From positions 42,683 through 106,682 of the forward strand of contig CAXXQN010000010.1 of NCBI GenBank assembly GCA_963665645.2: a stretch of DNA of 64,000 nt. Reading direction: 5' to 3'. The stretch comes from Anaerovoracaceae bacterium (lineage in GTDB: Bacteria > Bacillota > Clostridia > Peptostreptococcales > Anaerovoracaceae). A program made the position numbers and the translations under genes. Position 1 is the stretch's first letter, and every line of letters begins with the position of its first letter. Positions 28,785-38,210 of this stretch are shown here, in pieces. The notes beneath the pieces were generated by a model, which saw only the letters and a program-made list of their open reading frames with translations, had not been told where the DNA came from and made no database searches.

Positions 28785-30767
28785 ATGAAAAAAATTGGAC
28801 TCGTCCGAGCGGCCGCTGTCACACCTGTACTCAGGGTGGCAAATCCTGAATTCAACACGGAAGAAATTATGAAATGCATGGAAGAAGCAGATCAAAACGG
28901 TGCCGGCATCATCCTTTTTCCAGAGCTTTGTATTTCGGCTTATTCCTGTGGCGATCTATTTTATCAGGACTTTTTATATAGCAAATCAATGGAAGGTTTG
29001 AAAAAAATAACAGAAGCGACAGCAAAGCTTTCCGCTGTCGTTGTCGTCGGTTTCCATTTCAGAATGGAAAATAATCTATTCAACTGTGCCGCTCTTATTC
29101 AGAGCGGAAAAATCAAAGGAATCATCCCTAAAATGTTTTTACCAAATTATAAGGAATTTTATGAAGCAAGATGGTTCGCCCCCGGTCTTAGAATCTCGGA
29201 CCAGATCAAGTCCGTCCGCCTTTTTGGTTACGATATTCCCTTCGGCCATTTGATTTTTACAGATGAAGAGAACGATTTCAAGCTTGGTGTGGAAATTTGC
29301 GAGGATCTCTGGGTTCCTGTCTCCCCCGGTGCTTTTTTGGCACTGAACGGAGCTCATATTATATTAAATCCTTCAGCCAGCAACGAAACCGTTGCGAAAT
29401 CCGATTACAGAAGAAATCTGGTCGATATGGAAAGTGCAAAAAATATCTGCGGATATGTTTATGCTTCCTCAGGAGTGCACGAATCTACTACCGATTTGGT
29501 TTTTGGCGGACATAACATCATCGCGGAAAACGGGATCAATCTTGCAGAAAGCACTCTTTTCGAAAGAGGAAGTTCCATTCTCTACGGAGACATTGATTAT
29601 GACAGACTCAAATTTGAAAGGACCTACAGCCAGAATTTCGAGGGCTCTACCGCAGCCTTTAACAACAACACCGAATATACCAGAGTAAATTTATCTCCTA
29701 TCAGAGTACTAAACGGCAATAAAGACACCTTGAAACGAACCTATCAGAAAAATCCGTTTGTGCCATCAGATCCCGCTACTGTAGATCAGCGATGTAAGGA
29801 GATTTTCAGCATACAATCCGCCGGACTTGCAAAGCGCATGGAGCATACCCGAACAAAAAAGGTGGTAATCGGTATTTCCGGAGGATTAGATTCCACCCTT
29901 GCCCTGTTGGTCTGTGCGGAAACTTTTAAATTGATCGGCAAAGATCCGAAGAATATCATTGCAGTTACCATGCCTGGATTTGGTACCACAGGCAAAACCT
30001 ATAATAATGCCCAGACCATTATGAAGCTGCTTGGAGCTGATATGCGCGAAATCCCAATCCGCGAGGCTGTGCTTCAGCATTTCAGTGATATCATGCATGA
30101 TTCAAACCAGCATGATGTCACCTATGAAAATTCACAGGCAAGAGAAAGAACGCAGATCCTGATGGACATTGCCAACAAAGAGAGCGGTCTTGTCGTGGGA
30201 ACAGGTGATCTTTCCGAAGTTGCGCTCGGATGGAGCACCTACAACGGAGATCATATGTCTATGTACGGGGTCAACGGCAGCGTTCCAAAGACGCTGGTTC
30301 GCTTTGTAATCAAATGGGTTATGGATCACAGACTTTCCGGTTCGAACGAGGAAAAGGAATTCAGTCTTAATAACGAGCTGCTGCGCCTAACATTGCAGGA
30401 TATCATGGATACTCCGATTTCACCGGAGCTTCTGCCGCCGGATGCTGCAGGAGAGATTGCACAAAAGACTGAGGATACGGTTGGTCCTTATATTCTTCAT
30501 GATTTCTTTCTCTATTACACCATTCGTTTCGGCATGCCGCCCAAAAAGCTGCTGTATATTGCAAAGATTACCTTCGCTGACGAGTATTCGGAAGAATTTA
30601 TCAAAAAATGGCTCACCGTATTTTACAGAAGGTTTTTCTCCCAGCAGTTCAAGCGAAGCTGCATTCCGGACGGTCCTAAGGTTGGTTCTGTCAGCCTTTC
30701 TCCGCGAGGCGACTGGAGAATGCCAAGCGATGCAGATCCTTCGGTATGGCTGAAGGAATTAGAATGA
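28785..30767 (+). CDS. nadE: glutamine-dependent NAD(+) synthase (CN-hydrolase plus synthetase domains)
   Basis: 660 aa. Nitrilase-type EICEDLW Cys and PP-loop GISGGLDS. Confidence 0.9.
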   Translation: MKKIGLVRAAAVTPVLRVANPEFNTEEIMKCMEEADQNGAGIILFPELCISAYSCGDLFYQDFLYSKSMEGLKKITEATAKLSAVVVVGFHFRMENNLFNCAALIQSGKIKGIIPKMFLPNYKEFYEARWFAPGLRISDQIKSVRLFGYDIPFGHLIFTDEENDFKLGVEICEDLWVPVSPGAFLALNGAHIILNPSASNETVAKSDYRRNLVDMESAKNICGYVYASSGVHESTTDLVFGGHNIIAENGINLAESTLFERGSSILYGDIDYDRLKFERTYSQNFEGSTAAFNNNTEYTRVNLSPIRVLNGNKDTLKRTYQKNPFVPSDPATVDQRCKEIFSIQSAGLAKRMEHTRTKKVVIGISGGLDSTLALLVCAETFKLIGKDPKNIIAVTMPGFGTTGKTYNNAQTIMKLLGADMREIPIREAVLQHFSDIMHDSNQHDVTYENSQARERTQILMDIANKESGLVVGTGDLSEVALGWSTYNGDHMSMYGVNGSVPKTLVRFVIKWVMDHRLSGSNEEKEFSLNNELLRLTLQDIMDTPISPELLPPDAAGEIAQKTEDTVGPYILHDFFLYYTIRFGMPPKKLLYIAKITFADEYSEEFIKKWLTVFYRRFFSQQFKRSCIPDGPKVGSVSLSPRGDWRMPSDADPSVWLKELE

Positions 30768-30769
30768 CA

Positions 30770-30816
30770 AAAAAGCAGTGCAGATCTAAAAAATGATCAG
30801 ATCCACACTGCTTTTA
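30770..30816. terminator. terminator hairpin after nadE
   Basis: A-run, GCAGTG..GATC / GATC..CACTGC stem, then TTTT. Confidence 0.55.
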
Positions 30817-30858
30817 TATATATTATGATAAGAGGAGCGACTTCATGCTAATATAAAA

Positions 30859-32310
30859 TCAGTGCATTCGCCACATATTATTTTTTATTTTCAAATATTC
30901 ATGAAGACCATAGGTGCCATATTCCCTGCCTTGGCCGCTATTTTTGTTCCCGCCAAAGGGGCAGGCCATGTGCATTCCATTGGGCAGATTGACCCAGATA
31001 CAACCTGCATTCAGATTCTGACCAATCCAGTAAGCTTTTTTTAAGTTTTCCGTAAAGATATTCGCCCCAAGACCATAGCTTGTATTGTTTGCAATTTCAA
31101 TTGCTTCTTCCGTCGTCTTATATTTCAGTACAGAAAGTACCGGACCGAAAACTTCTTCCTGACAAACCCTGCTGTCCGCCGAAACATTGGTCAAAATTGT
31201 GGGCATATAAAACGGACCATCCTTGCACATGCCCTCTGTATACCGTTTCCCGCCATAATAAAGCTCCGCACCGTTTGTCACCGCTTCCTTTACGTAGTGA
31301 TCAACCTTTTCCAGCTGTTCTTCACTAACCAGTGCGCCCATTCTTGTTTCATAGTTTAAAGGATCCCCTATTTTGATTTCACTGCATTTTTTCGCCAGCA
31401 ATTTCAGATAGTCCTCATAAACATCTTCATGCAGAATCACCCTTGTCATAGCACAGCAGACTTCCCCCTGATTAAAGGTAAAACCTTCAATCTGAGCCGT
31501 TGTTGCAATTTCCAGATTGGCATCCGGCTCGACAATGGCCGGGTCCTTCCCCCCCAGTTCAAGAACACATTTTTTTATAACCGGAGAAGAAGCGGCAAGC
31601 CGCATCAGCTCACGACCTACCGTTTCTGATCCGGTAAAGCCGATCACATCCACCTCCTTATGGGATACGATGGCGCTTCCGATCTTGCTACCACTTCCAT
31701 GAAGAACATTCACAGAACCCGCCGGGAATCCTGCCTCTTCAAATATCTCCGCCAGAATAGCCGTCGTGCTTGGCGTCGCAGATGCTGCTTTCATAATACA
31801 TGCATTTCCTGCCGCCAGGGCGGGGGCAAGGCTCCTGGTCAGTAAATGAAGCGGAAAATTAAACGGTGCAATAATGGCTGCGACTCCATAGGGCTCATAC
31901 GTAACAAAATCAAAGTCTCTGAAATTAATGTCTCCCAAAGGAATCACTTCTCCTTTAATCTCCCTTGCCAGATTTGCAAAGTATTCAAAGGCCCAAATGG
32001 AAACCCGGGTATCAAAGTGATACGTATCATAAACCGGTTTTCCGGTTTCCATCGCTTCCAGCTCGGCCATTTCCCTCTGACGTCGCTTCATGATAGCTGC
32101 TGCTTTCAGCATATACTCTGCCCGGGTTTCTGCGTCCAAACCTGCCCAAACTTTCGTGGCCACCCTCGCTGCTTTACATGCAGCATCCACATTTTCCGGT
32201 GTAGCAGAGCAGAACTCGTTTACCTCCTGCCCGGTTGCTTTATTAAAAGACTTGAAAGTCGTCTCACTATCCACCCACTGGTTGTTGATATATTGCAAAT
32301 ATTTTTTCAT
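30859..32310 (-). CDS. NAD(P)-dependent aldehyde dehydrogenase
   Basis: 483 aa. Has ELGGKDP and catalytic Cys region GEVCCAMTR. Confidence 0.85.
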   Translation of the reverse strand: MKKYLQYINNQWVDSETTFKSFNKATGQEVNEFCSATPENVDAACKAARVATKVWAGLDAETRAEYMLKAAAIMKRRQREMAELEAMETGKPVYDTYHFDTRVSIWAFEYFANLAREIKGEVIPLGDINFRDFDFVTYEPYGVAAIIAPFNFPLHLLTRSLAPALAAGNACIMKAASATPSTTAILAEIFEEAGFPAGSVNVLHGSGSKIGSAIVSHKEVDVIGFTGSETVGRELMRLAASSPVIKKCVLELGGKDPAIVEPDANLEIATTAQIEGFTFNQGEVCCAMTRVILHEDVYEDYLKLLAKKCSEIKIGDPLNYETRMGALVSEEQLEKVDHYVKEAVTNGAELYYGGKRYTEGMCKDGPFYMPTILTNVSADSRVCQEEVFGPVLSVLKYKTTEEAIEIANNTSYGLGANIFTENLKKAYWIGQNLNAGCIWVNLPNGMHMACPFGGNKNSGQGREYGTYGLHEYLKIKNNMWRMH

Positions 32311-32320
32311 CTTCTCTCTC

Positions 32321-33820
32321 CTAAATTACTGATGCTTTCATGATCGCATCCTGATCAAACTCATTTCTTAAAAGTTCTGCTGTAATTTTCCCTTCCCGGA
32401 TTACAATAATCCGGTCACAGATACCAATCAATTCCAGTAATTCCGACGAAACCACAATAATCCCCGCACCATCTTTTGCCAGACTGTTCATCAGATTATA
32501 GATTTCACTTTTAGCGCCAACGTCGATTCCTCTTGTCGGCTCATCCATGATAAAAACCTTTGGTTTTGTTGCAATCCACCTGGCAATGATTGCTTTTTGC
32601 TGATTCCCGCCGCTAAAATTTTTTGCCTTTCGTTTCGGGTCGGCCGGACGAATTTGCATCTCTTCAAAAGATCTGCTTACCAACGCTTTTTTTCTGGACG
32701 GTATAAATTTCCCAAAAACAGAAAGAGATTTATGGGATGCCAGACAAATATTATCATCCAATCCCATAGAAAGAAGAAGGCCTTCTCTTTTCCTGTCTTC
32801 CGAGATAAATGCAATTCCATGTGAGATGGCATCTGCTGGAGACTTGATGCTTACTTCTTGATTTTCAACGAAAATACGGCCTGAATTCTTTTTATATGCA
32901 CCGAATATCGTTTTCATGATTTCTGTCCTGCCGGCTCCCACCAATCCTGAGAAACCCAGAATTTCTCCTTTTTTTAACTGAAAACTGATTTGATCAAAAT
33001 ATTCTTCATGAGAAAAGTTTTTCACTTCAAAAATCGCTTCTTCGGAATATTGAAAATCTCTTTTCGGATAATAATCCAGAAGTTCACGGCCAACCATTCT
33101 GCTTACGATATATTCTTTTTTTACGTTTCTTTTTACATTATCAATCGTCTCAACAAGAGTTCCATCCCGTAAAACCGTAATCCGATCACAAAGTTCGATT
33201 GTTTCTTCCAGGCGGTGAGAAATATATATAATTGAAATTCCTTTCTTGCGAATTTCCTGAATCACACGGAACAGGCTTTCTGTTTCTCTGTCGGTTAAAA
33301 CAGCTGTGGGCTCATCCATAACGAGAATATCAATGTCATTAAAGATTGCTTTTCCTATTTCGACCAGCTGCTGCATGGCAACGCTAAGCCTTTTCACTTT
33401 CTTCGTACAGTCAAACCCTTTGACTCCCAGCTTTTCCATTGACTTTTCAGCCATCTTTAGCATTTTCTTTCTATTCATGCCGCCAAGCTTCGAAGTTGTT
33501 ATTTCTCTCCCTAAAAAAATGTTTTCATAGACATTCAACGCAGGAGCCAGATTAAATTCCTGATAGATGACACCCACCTTGTTTTCAATCGAATCCCTTG
33601 GATTTTCAATGGTTACGATTTTGCCATTAATCTCAATCGTACCGCCGTCGGCAGAATACACCCCGCCCAACACCTTCATCAGAGTACTTTTTCCCGCACC
33701 GTTTTCGCCAACCAGGGCATGCATTTCACCCCTCTTCAGACCAAAGCTCACCTTATTGAGTGCAAGAACACCGGGAAAATTTTTTTCAATTTCCATCATT
33801 CTTAAAACATATTCGCTCAT
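32321..33820 (-). CDS. sugar ABC transporter ATP-binding protein (tandem ATPase, RbsA/MglA type)
   Basis: Two Walker A motifs (GENGAGKST, GLVGAGRTE) and two signature motifs. Confidence 0.9.
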   Translation of the reverse strand: MSEYVLRMMEIEKNFPGVLALNKVSFGLKRGEMHALVGENGAGKSTLMKVLGGVYSADGGTIEINGKIVTIENPRDSIENKVGVIYQEFNLAPALNVYENIFLGREITTSKLGGMNRKKMLKMAEKSMEKLGVKGFDCTKKVKRLSVAMQQLVEIGKAIFNDIDILVMDEPTAVLTDRETESLFRVIQEIRKKGISIIYISHRLEETIELCDRITVLRDGTLVETIDNVKRNVKKEYIVSRMVGRELLDYYPKRDFQYSEEAIFEVKNFSHEEYFDQISFQLKKGEILGFSGLVGAGRTEIMKTIFGAYKKNSGRIFVENQEVSIKSPADAISHGIAFISEDRKREGLLLSMGLDDNICLASHKSLSVFGKFIPSRKKALVSRSFEEMQIRPADPKRKAKNFSGGNQQKAIIARWIATKPKVFIMDEPTRGIDVGAKSEIYNLMNSLAKDGAGIIVVSSELLELIGICDRIIVIREGKITAELLRNEFDQDAIMKASVI

Positions 33821-33831
33821 GCTTCCACCGC

Positions 33832-34797
33832 CTATGATTTCTTTGACTGTGCAAAATTATCAATCCCGCAAACAGAAATAATAATGACGCCAACTACAAC
33901 GGTCTGCCAATACATATTTACATTCAGAAGTACCAGCGCATTCCGGATTGTTCCCAGAAGAAGTGCACCCAATATTGTTCCGACAACAGTTCCTTCTCCT
34001 CCGGATATGGCAGTTCCACCAACGATAGAGGCCGCAATAGAATCCATATCGAAATTTAACCCTGCGTTTGGATTACCGCCGTTCAATCTGCCCACCATGA
34101 TCGTTCCGGCTATTCCGCAAAGCAATCCGGTAATTGTGTAAACCAGCACTTTATATTTTTTCACACTGATTCCGGATAATAAGGTTGCGGTTTCATTTCC
34201 TCCGATTCCAAGAATCCGATTTCCAAAGGGTGTGCTGGAAAGCATATAATGCGCAATAAAAACCAGCAGAATCATGATAGCGGTCATGATAGGAATCGGA
34301 CCCCAGTAACCATTTCCAAGAGCAGATATCAATTCATTGTCAAGGGAGATAGGAAATCCCTTTGTAATCACATAAGTAAAGCCCCTTGCTATATTCGCCA
34401 TGCCCAGTGTTACAATAAAAGGAGGAAGCTTTAGTGTTGTAATAATCAAACCGTTTAAAAAACCAATTGCAACCCCTGTAAAAAGCCCCAGCCCAATGGC
34501 AATTCCCGGTTCCAGACCAAGGCTCAAAAACTTGGTCATCACGATTCCTGCCAATCCCAGAGAATATCCAACGGATAAATCAATCCCTCCGGTAATCAAT
34601 ATGAACGTCTGTCCAATTGCAATGATTGAGATCAGGCTGATTTGTTTTAATATATTAAACATGTTCTCCTGTGTAAAAAATGTGTCTGGCCTTAAAATCG
34701 ACATACCTGCAAACACAAAAATCAGAATAAGCAACATGAAACTTTCTCTTCGCTGAATCAGGGAATTTACCTTAATTCCAAATTGATGATTGCTCAT
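33832..34797 (-). CDS. sugar ABC transporter permease (RbsC type)
   Basis: Polytopic membrane protein. Start set to the ATG at 34797 (GGGAGA RBS), because the longer ORF to 34908 runs through the intergenic repeat. Confidence 0.8.
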   Translation of the reverse strand: MSNHQFGIKVNSLIQRRESFMLLILIFVFAGMSILRPDTFFTQENMFNILKQISLISIIAIGQTFILITGGIDLSVGYSLGLAGIVMTKFLSLGLEPGIAIGLGLFTGVAIGFLNGLIITTLKLPPFIVTLGMANIARGFTYVITKGFPISLDNELISALGNGYWGPIPIMTAIMILLVFIAHYMLSSTPFGNRILGIGGNETATLLSGISVKKYKVLVYTITGLLCGIAGTIMVGRLNGGNPNAGLNFDMDSIAASIVGGTAISGGEGTVVGTILGALLLGTIRNALVLLNVNMYWQTVVVGVIIISVCGIDNFAQSKKS

Positions 34798-34812
34798 ATT
34801 CATTCTCCCAAA

Positions 34813-34969
34813 AAATGTGGCGACAACGGCTGTGCCTCCTGCTTGCTTCGCTCGCTGCTGTCCGTTTTGCCATGCCAAGCAAGCTTGGGGCAAAAAGGCA
34901 ACGGTCATGGGGCTTTCTTTGATACTCCGTCAATATCGCCAAGAGCGATATTTTCCTACGTAATAAATA
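34813..34969 (-). repeat. mosaic copy A3 of the intergenic repeat (A-type 3' module plus ~90-nt B module)
   Basis: 34906-34969 matches A1/A2. 34817-34905 is an extra module with the hairpin TTTTGCC..CCAAGC-AA-GCTTGG-GGCAAAA (34865-34895). Confidence 0.7.
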
Positions 34970-34971
34970 AC

Positions 34972-34998
34972 GGGCTGTAACCATAATAGTTACAGCCC
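34972..34998 (-). terminator. hairpin after the substrate-binding protein gene (likely attenuating terminator or stabiliser)
   Basis: GGGCTGTAAC-n7-GTTACAGCCC, followed on the minus strand by GTTATTTATT. Confidence 0.5.
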
Positions 34999-35008
34999 CC
35001 TCATACTA

Positions 35009-35989
35009 TTATCGTTCTACATAGGACGGTTCATCAAGATAAGTATCAATATTTGCTTGTGTAACTTCGATCGAGCCTGTATCGATATATTTCTCTATTT
35101 CTTTGCCGTCGCAAAGATCATTCATCATATCGATCACGCCTTTTCCCCAGGAGTTTTGTCTTTGAGAAACAATTCCGGTAATATAACCATCTCTGAGTCC
35201 CTGAATATTATCCGGCATATCGTCAAAAGTTATAATCATATGTTCCTCACTATTTTGCCAGCCTTTTGCTTTCCAAATGGAAATCATTGCAGGGCCTGCG
35301 GTTGCATCAATACCGATCATCGCTTTAAACTCCTGGTTGGCCTGAATCATATTTTCCGCAGCAGTTACCGCTTTTTGGGGATCTCCTTCGCTGGACTGAG
35401 TATCCGAAATTTCGATATTTGGTGCTTTCTCGGATAAATATTCTTTGATACCACGAATTCTTTCATTTAAGCTCAATTGTGTCGGCAGTCCAGTTAGAAT
35501 CAAAATCTTGCCCTCGCCGTCAAGCTTCTCCGTGATGACGGCTCCCATATGGCGTCCCGCATTGTAGTTGTTCGTGCCAATGAAAGATGCTTTTTGGCTG
35601 TCCGGAGCGTCTGATTCAAAGCAGATTACTTGAATCCCTGCATCCACTGCTTTGTCGATGGTTGGAACAAGGGCAGAAGTATCGGTCGGTCCGATTGCGA
35701 TGCCATCGACCTTCATTGCAATCAAATTCTCCATAATCTCGATTTGCTGCTGAGCATCCGATTTATCCGGAGCTTTGGTGATGACTTTGATGCCCAGCTC
35801 TTTTCCATACTCTTCTGCATCAACACCGATTGGTTCAAAGAATGGATGAACGATGGGGAAAACGACAGCGAAGGTTCTTTCTTTTGTTTCCTGATCCGGC
35901 GTGTCACTGGATGACGGTTCGGCTCCACATGCCACAGCCATAAAAACCATAGCAAGAACAAGCAATACTGCCAAAACTTTATTTCTCAT
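35009..35989 (-). CDS. sugar ABC transporter substrate-binding lipoprotein (RbsB type)
   Basis: Lipobox MAVACG and a periplasmic-binding-protein type I fold. Confidence 0.85.
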   Translation of the reverse strand: MRNKVLAVLLVLAMVFMAVACGAEPSSSDTPDQETKERTFAVVFPIVHPFFEPIGVDAEEYGKELGIKVITKAPDKSDAQQQIEIMENLIAMKVDGIAIGPTDTSALVPTIDKAVDAGIQVICFESDAPDSQKASFIGTNNYNAGRHMGAVITEKLDGEGKILILTGLPTQLSLNERIRGIKEYLSEKAPNIEISDTQSSEGDPQKAVTAAENMIQANQEFKAMIGIDATAGPAMISIWKAKGWQNSEEHMIITFDDMPDNIQGLRDGYITGIVSQRQNSWGKGVIDMMNDLCDGKEIEKYIDTGSIEVTQANIDTYLDEPSYVER

Positions 35990-36240
35990 TTTTCTCTCCT
36001 CCTATTTTTTTAATAGACTGTCACCGCCTAACCGGTAATAACATATCGAATTAGCGCTGACAACGCACCATATTTTGTATCCTAATATTACCACTTTATA
36101 CACCGGTAAAAAAATATACTTTATTTGGAAAAACAAGGAATTTATTTTGTAGTTTCTTTCTTACTATTTCGTTATTATAATTTTGATTTACACTTAGTGT
36201 AGGAGTTTTTCTTATGATATAATGATTTTACCCATTGAAT

Positions 36241-36340
36241 GCGACGTTGCCTTTTTGCCCCAAGCTTACTTGGCCAGGCAAAACGGACAGCAGGGAGCGT
36301 AGCGAGTCGGAGACGCAGCCGTTTGTCACAAGGTAGAAAT
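36241..36340 (+). repeat. B-module repeat copy A4, inverted relative to A3, flanked by the 8-bp direct repeat CATTGAAT
   Basis: Core CTGCTGTCCGTTTTGCC..GGCAAAAAGGCAACG is about 47/50 identical to the reverse complement of 34852-34902. Direct repeats at 36233-36240 and 36341-36348. Confidence 0.7.
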
Positions 36341-36450
36341 CATTGAATCATGTTTACAGAGCTATGCTGCATGATCTATAAAACTGCTGAACTAATCAAA
36401 ATACAAAACGATAAAAATATTCTAAATCAGATGTCAAGGGGACTTGAAAG

Positions 36451-38209
36451 ATGAGAGATTTTTTTGAAAACGTTTCTTTGAAAAGAAAAGTTGTTTTGCT
36501 TTTTACGCTCTTCTCCATCATACCGATTGGTATCATTGGAATCATCTCGATTACCAAGATAAACAATTATGTCTACCATTCCATGCAAACCTATATCAAT
36601 CAGACGGTAGATTCAGTGAACACAAATGTCAATCTGTCCTTTGACGAGGCAACCACCTTATTGAAAGTCTCTAAAACTTACGAAGCCCTTTCTTTTATCA
36701 ACAGCAGCAATCCCGATGATATCTATGAAAATGCCAAAGCAATGGTAGAAGTTTTCTCTGATTTGCGTACGGTGCAAAAGGATAACTCCCATATCGTCGA
36801 CATGATTCTAATCGGTCGTAATGGAAATTGTATCTCAGAAAAAAACGGATATTTTGTTTTGGATGGCAACTTTGACAGTTACAACTCGATCCAATCCGTA
36901 CTCAAAGCACCCAGGGAATATCATATTGTTGCAGAGGATTTTCCTAATTCGATCCATAACAATTATAAAAACAATATCTACGTAGCGACATCCGTATTCA
37001 AGATCGGAACCAATGAGGTATGCGGTATCCTCGCGATCGGAATTGACCGGAGCTTTATCCAGGAAATCATAGACTCTTCAAAGCTTTCCGAAGATTGTTC
37101 CATCGTTCTGATTAACAAGATCGGAGATACTATTTTTTCTGATTATGATTATTCCTCTTCCAGCGTTGTTCAAAAAGTGATGGAAGAAAATCAGCCAACC
37201 GGAATTTTTAGATTTGATCGTAAGCTTGTCGTATTCAATACCCTTGCTTCCACTGGTTGGAAACTGATCTATACCACACCGATTTCGACAGTGAGAGGTC
37301 CCAGCTACCAAATTTCTTTTGCAATTGTTGCTGCAATTTTCGTATCTATTTTCATGGCCTTCATTATTAACTCCATTATTTCCGAAACTCTGACCAGACC
37401 CATAAAAAAAATTATCGGTGCTGATGGAAAGAGCTTCCAAAGGAAACCTCAATATTTATGTCCCCATTGAGGGCAATGATGAAATTGCCCAGTTATACCG
37501 CAGTTTTGACAAAATGGTAAAGGATATCAAGTCTCTCCTTTCCACGGTAATCGAAGATCAGGAAAATTTAAAGCGTGCAGAATTGAAAACGTTACAAGCA
37601 CAAATCAATCCCCATTTTTTATATAATACATTAGACAGTGTATTATGGGCAGCCGAAAGTAACCAAAACCAGCAGGTCATTGATCTAATTATAGCACTTT
37701 CTAAATTCTATAAACTGACATTAGGCAAAGGTCTAGAAGCCGTAACAATTGCGAATGAAGTGGAACATGTCAAGAGTTATTTAACGATTATGTCAATGCG
37801 ATATGCAGATATTCTTGATTATGAAGTAGTTGTTGACGAATCCGCACGTAATGGCCTTTTCCCTCCAATTATCCTTCAACCCCTAGTAGAAAATGCTATC
37901 TATCACGGAATAAAAAACAAACGATTCAAAAAAAATGAAAAAGGGATGGTTTCCATTGCGATTAGACGAAATCATTCAAAAATCATGATAACAATCAGTG
38001 ATAACGGAACCGGAATGGAGCCGGAAGCCCTTTCCAATTTAAAGAAATCCCTAAACGAATCAGATACATCCAAATCCGGCGGCTACGGTTTAAAAAATGT
38101 GAAGCAACGCTTCATGTTATTCTTCGGTAAAGAAACCGAATTTAACATTACAAGTAAAAAAAATACAGGTACCGTTTTTGAATTAATAGTTTCATATAAG
38201 GAGAATTGA
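36451..38209 (+). pseudogene. YesM-type sensor histidine kinase interrupted by a +1 nt frameshift in an A8 tract (37404-37411)
   Basis: ORFs 36451-37470 and 37418-38209 are the two halves. Removing one A gives a continuous TRPIKKLSVLMERASKGNL HAMP region. The INPHFLYNTL His-kinase motif is in the second half. Confidence 0.8.
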
Positions 38210-38210
38210 T

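Noticed and set aside
34798-34908. N-terminal extension of the ABC permease ORF (MTVAFLPQACLAWQNGQQRAKQ...), plus small ORFs 34772-34984 and 34783-34980.
   Set aside because: These run through the intergenic repeat, whose hairpin structure explains the sequence. A good RBS and ATG at 34797 give a normal permease N-terminus.
36241-36340. Riboswitch in the histidine-kinase leader.
   Set aside because: The sequence is a copy of the dispersed B-module repeat also found at 34817-34905. It is therefore a repeat element, not a locus-specific sensor.
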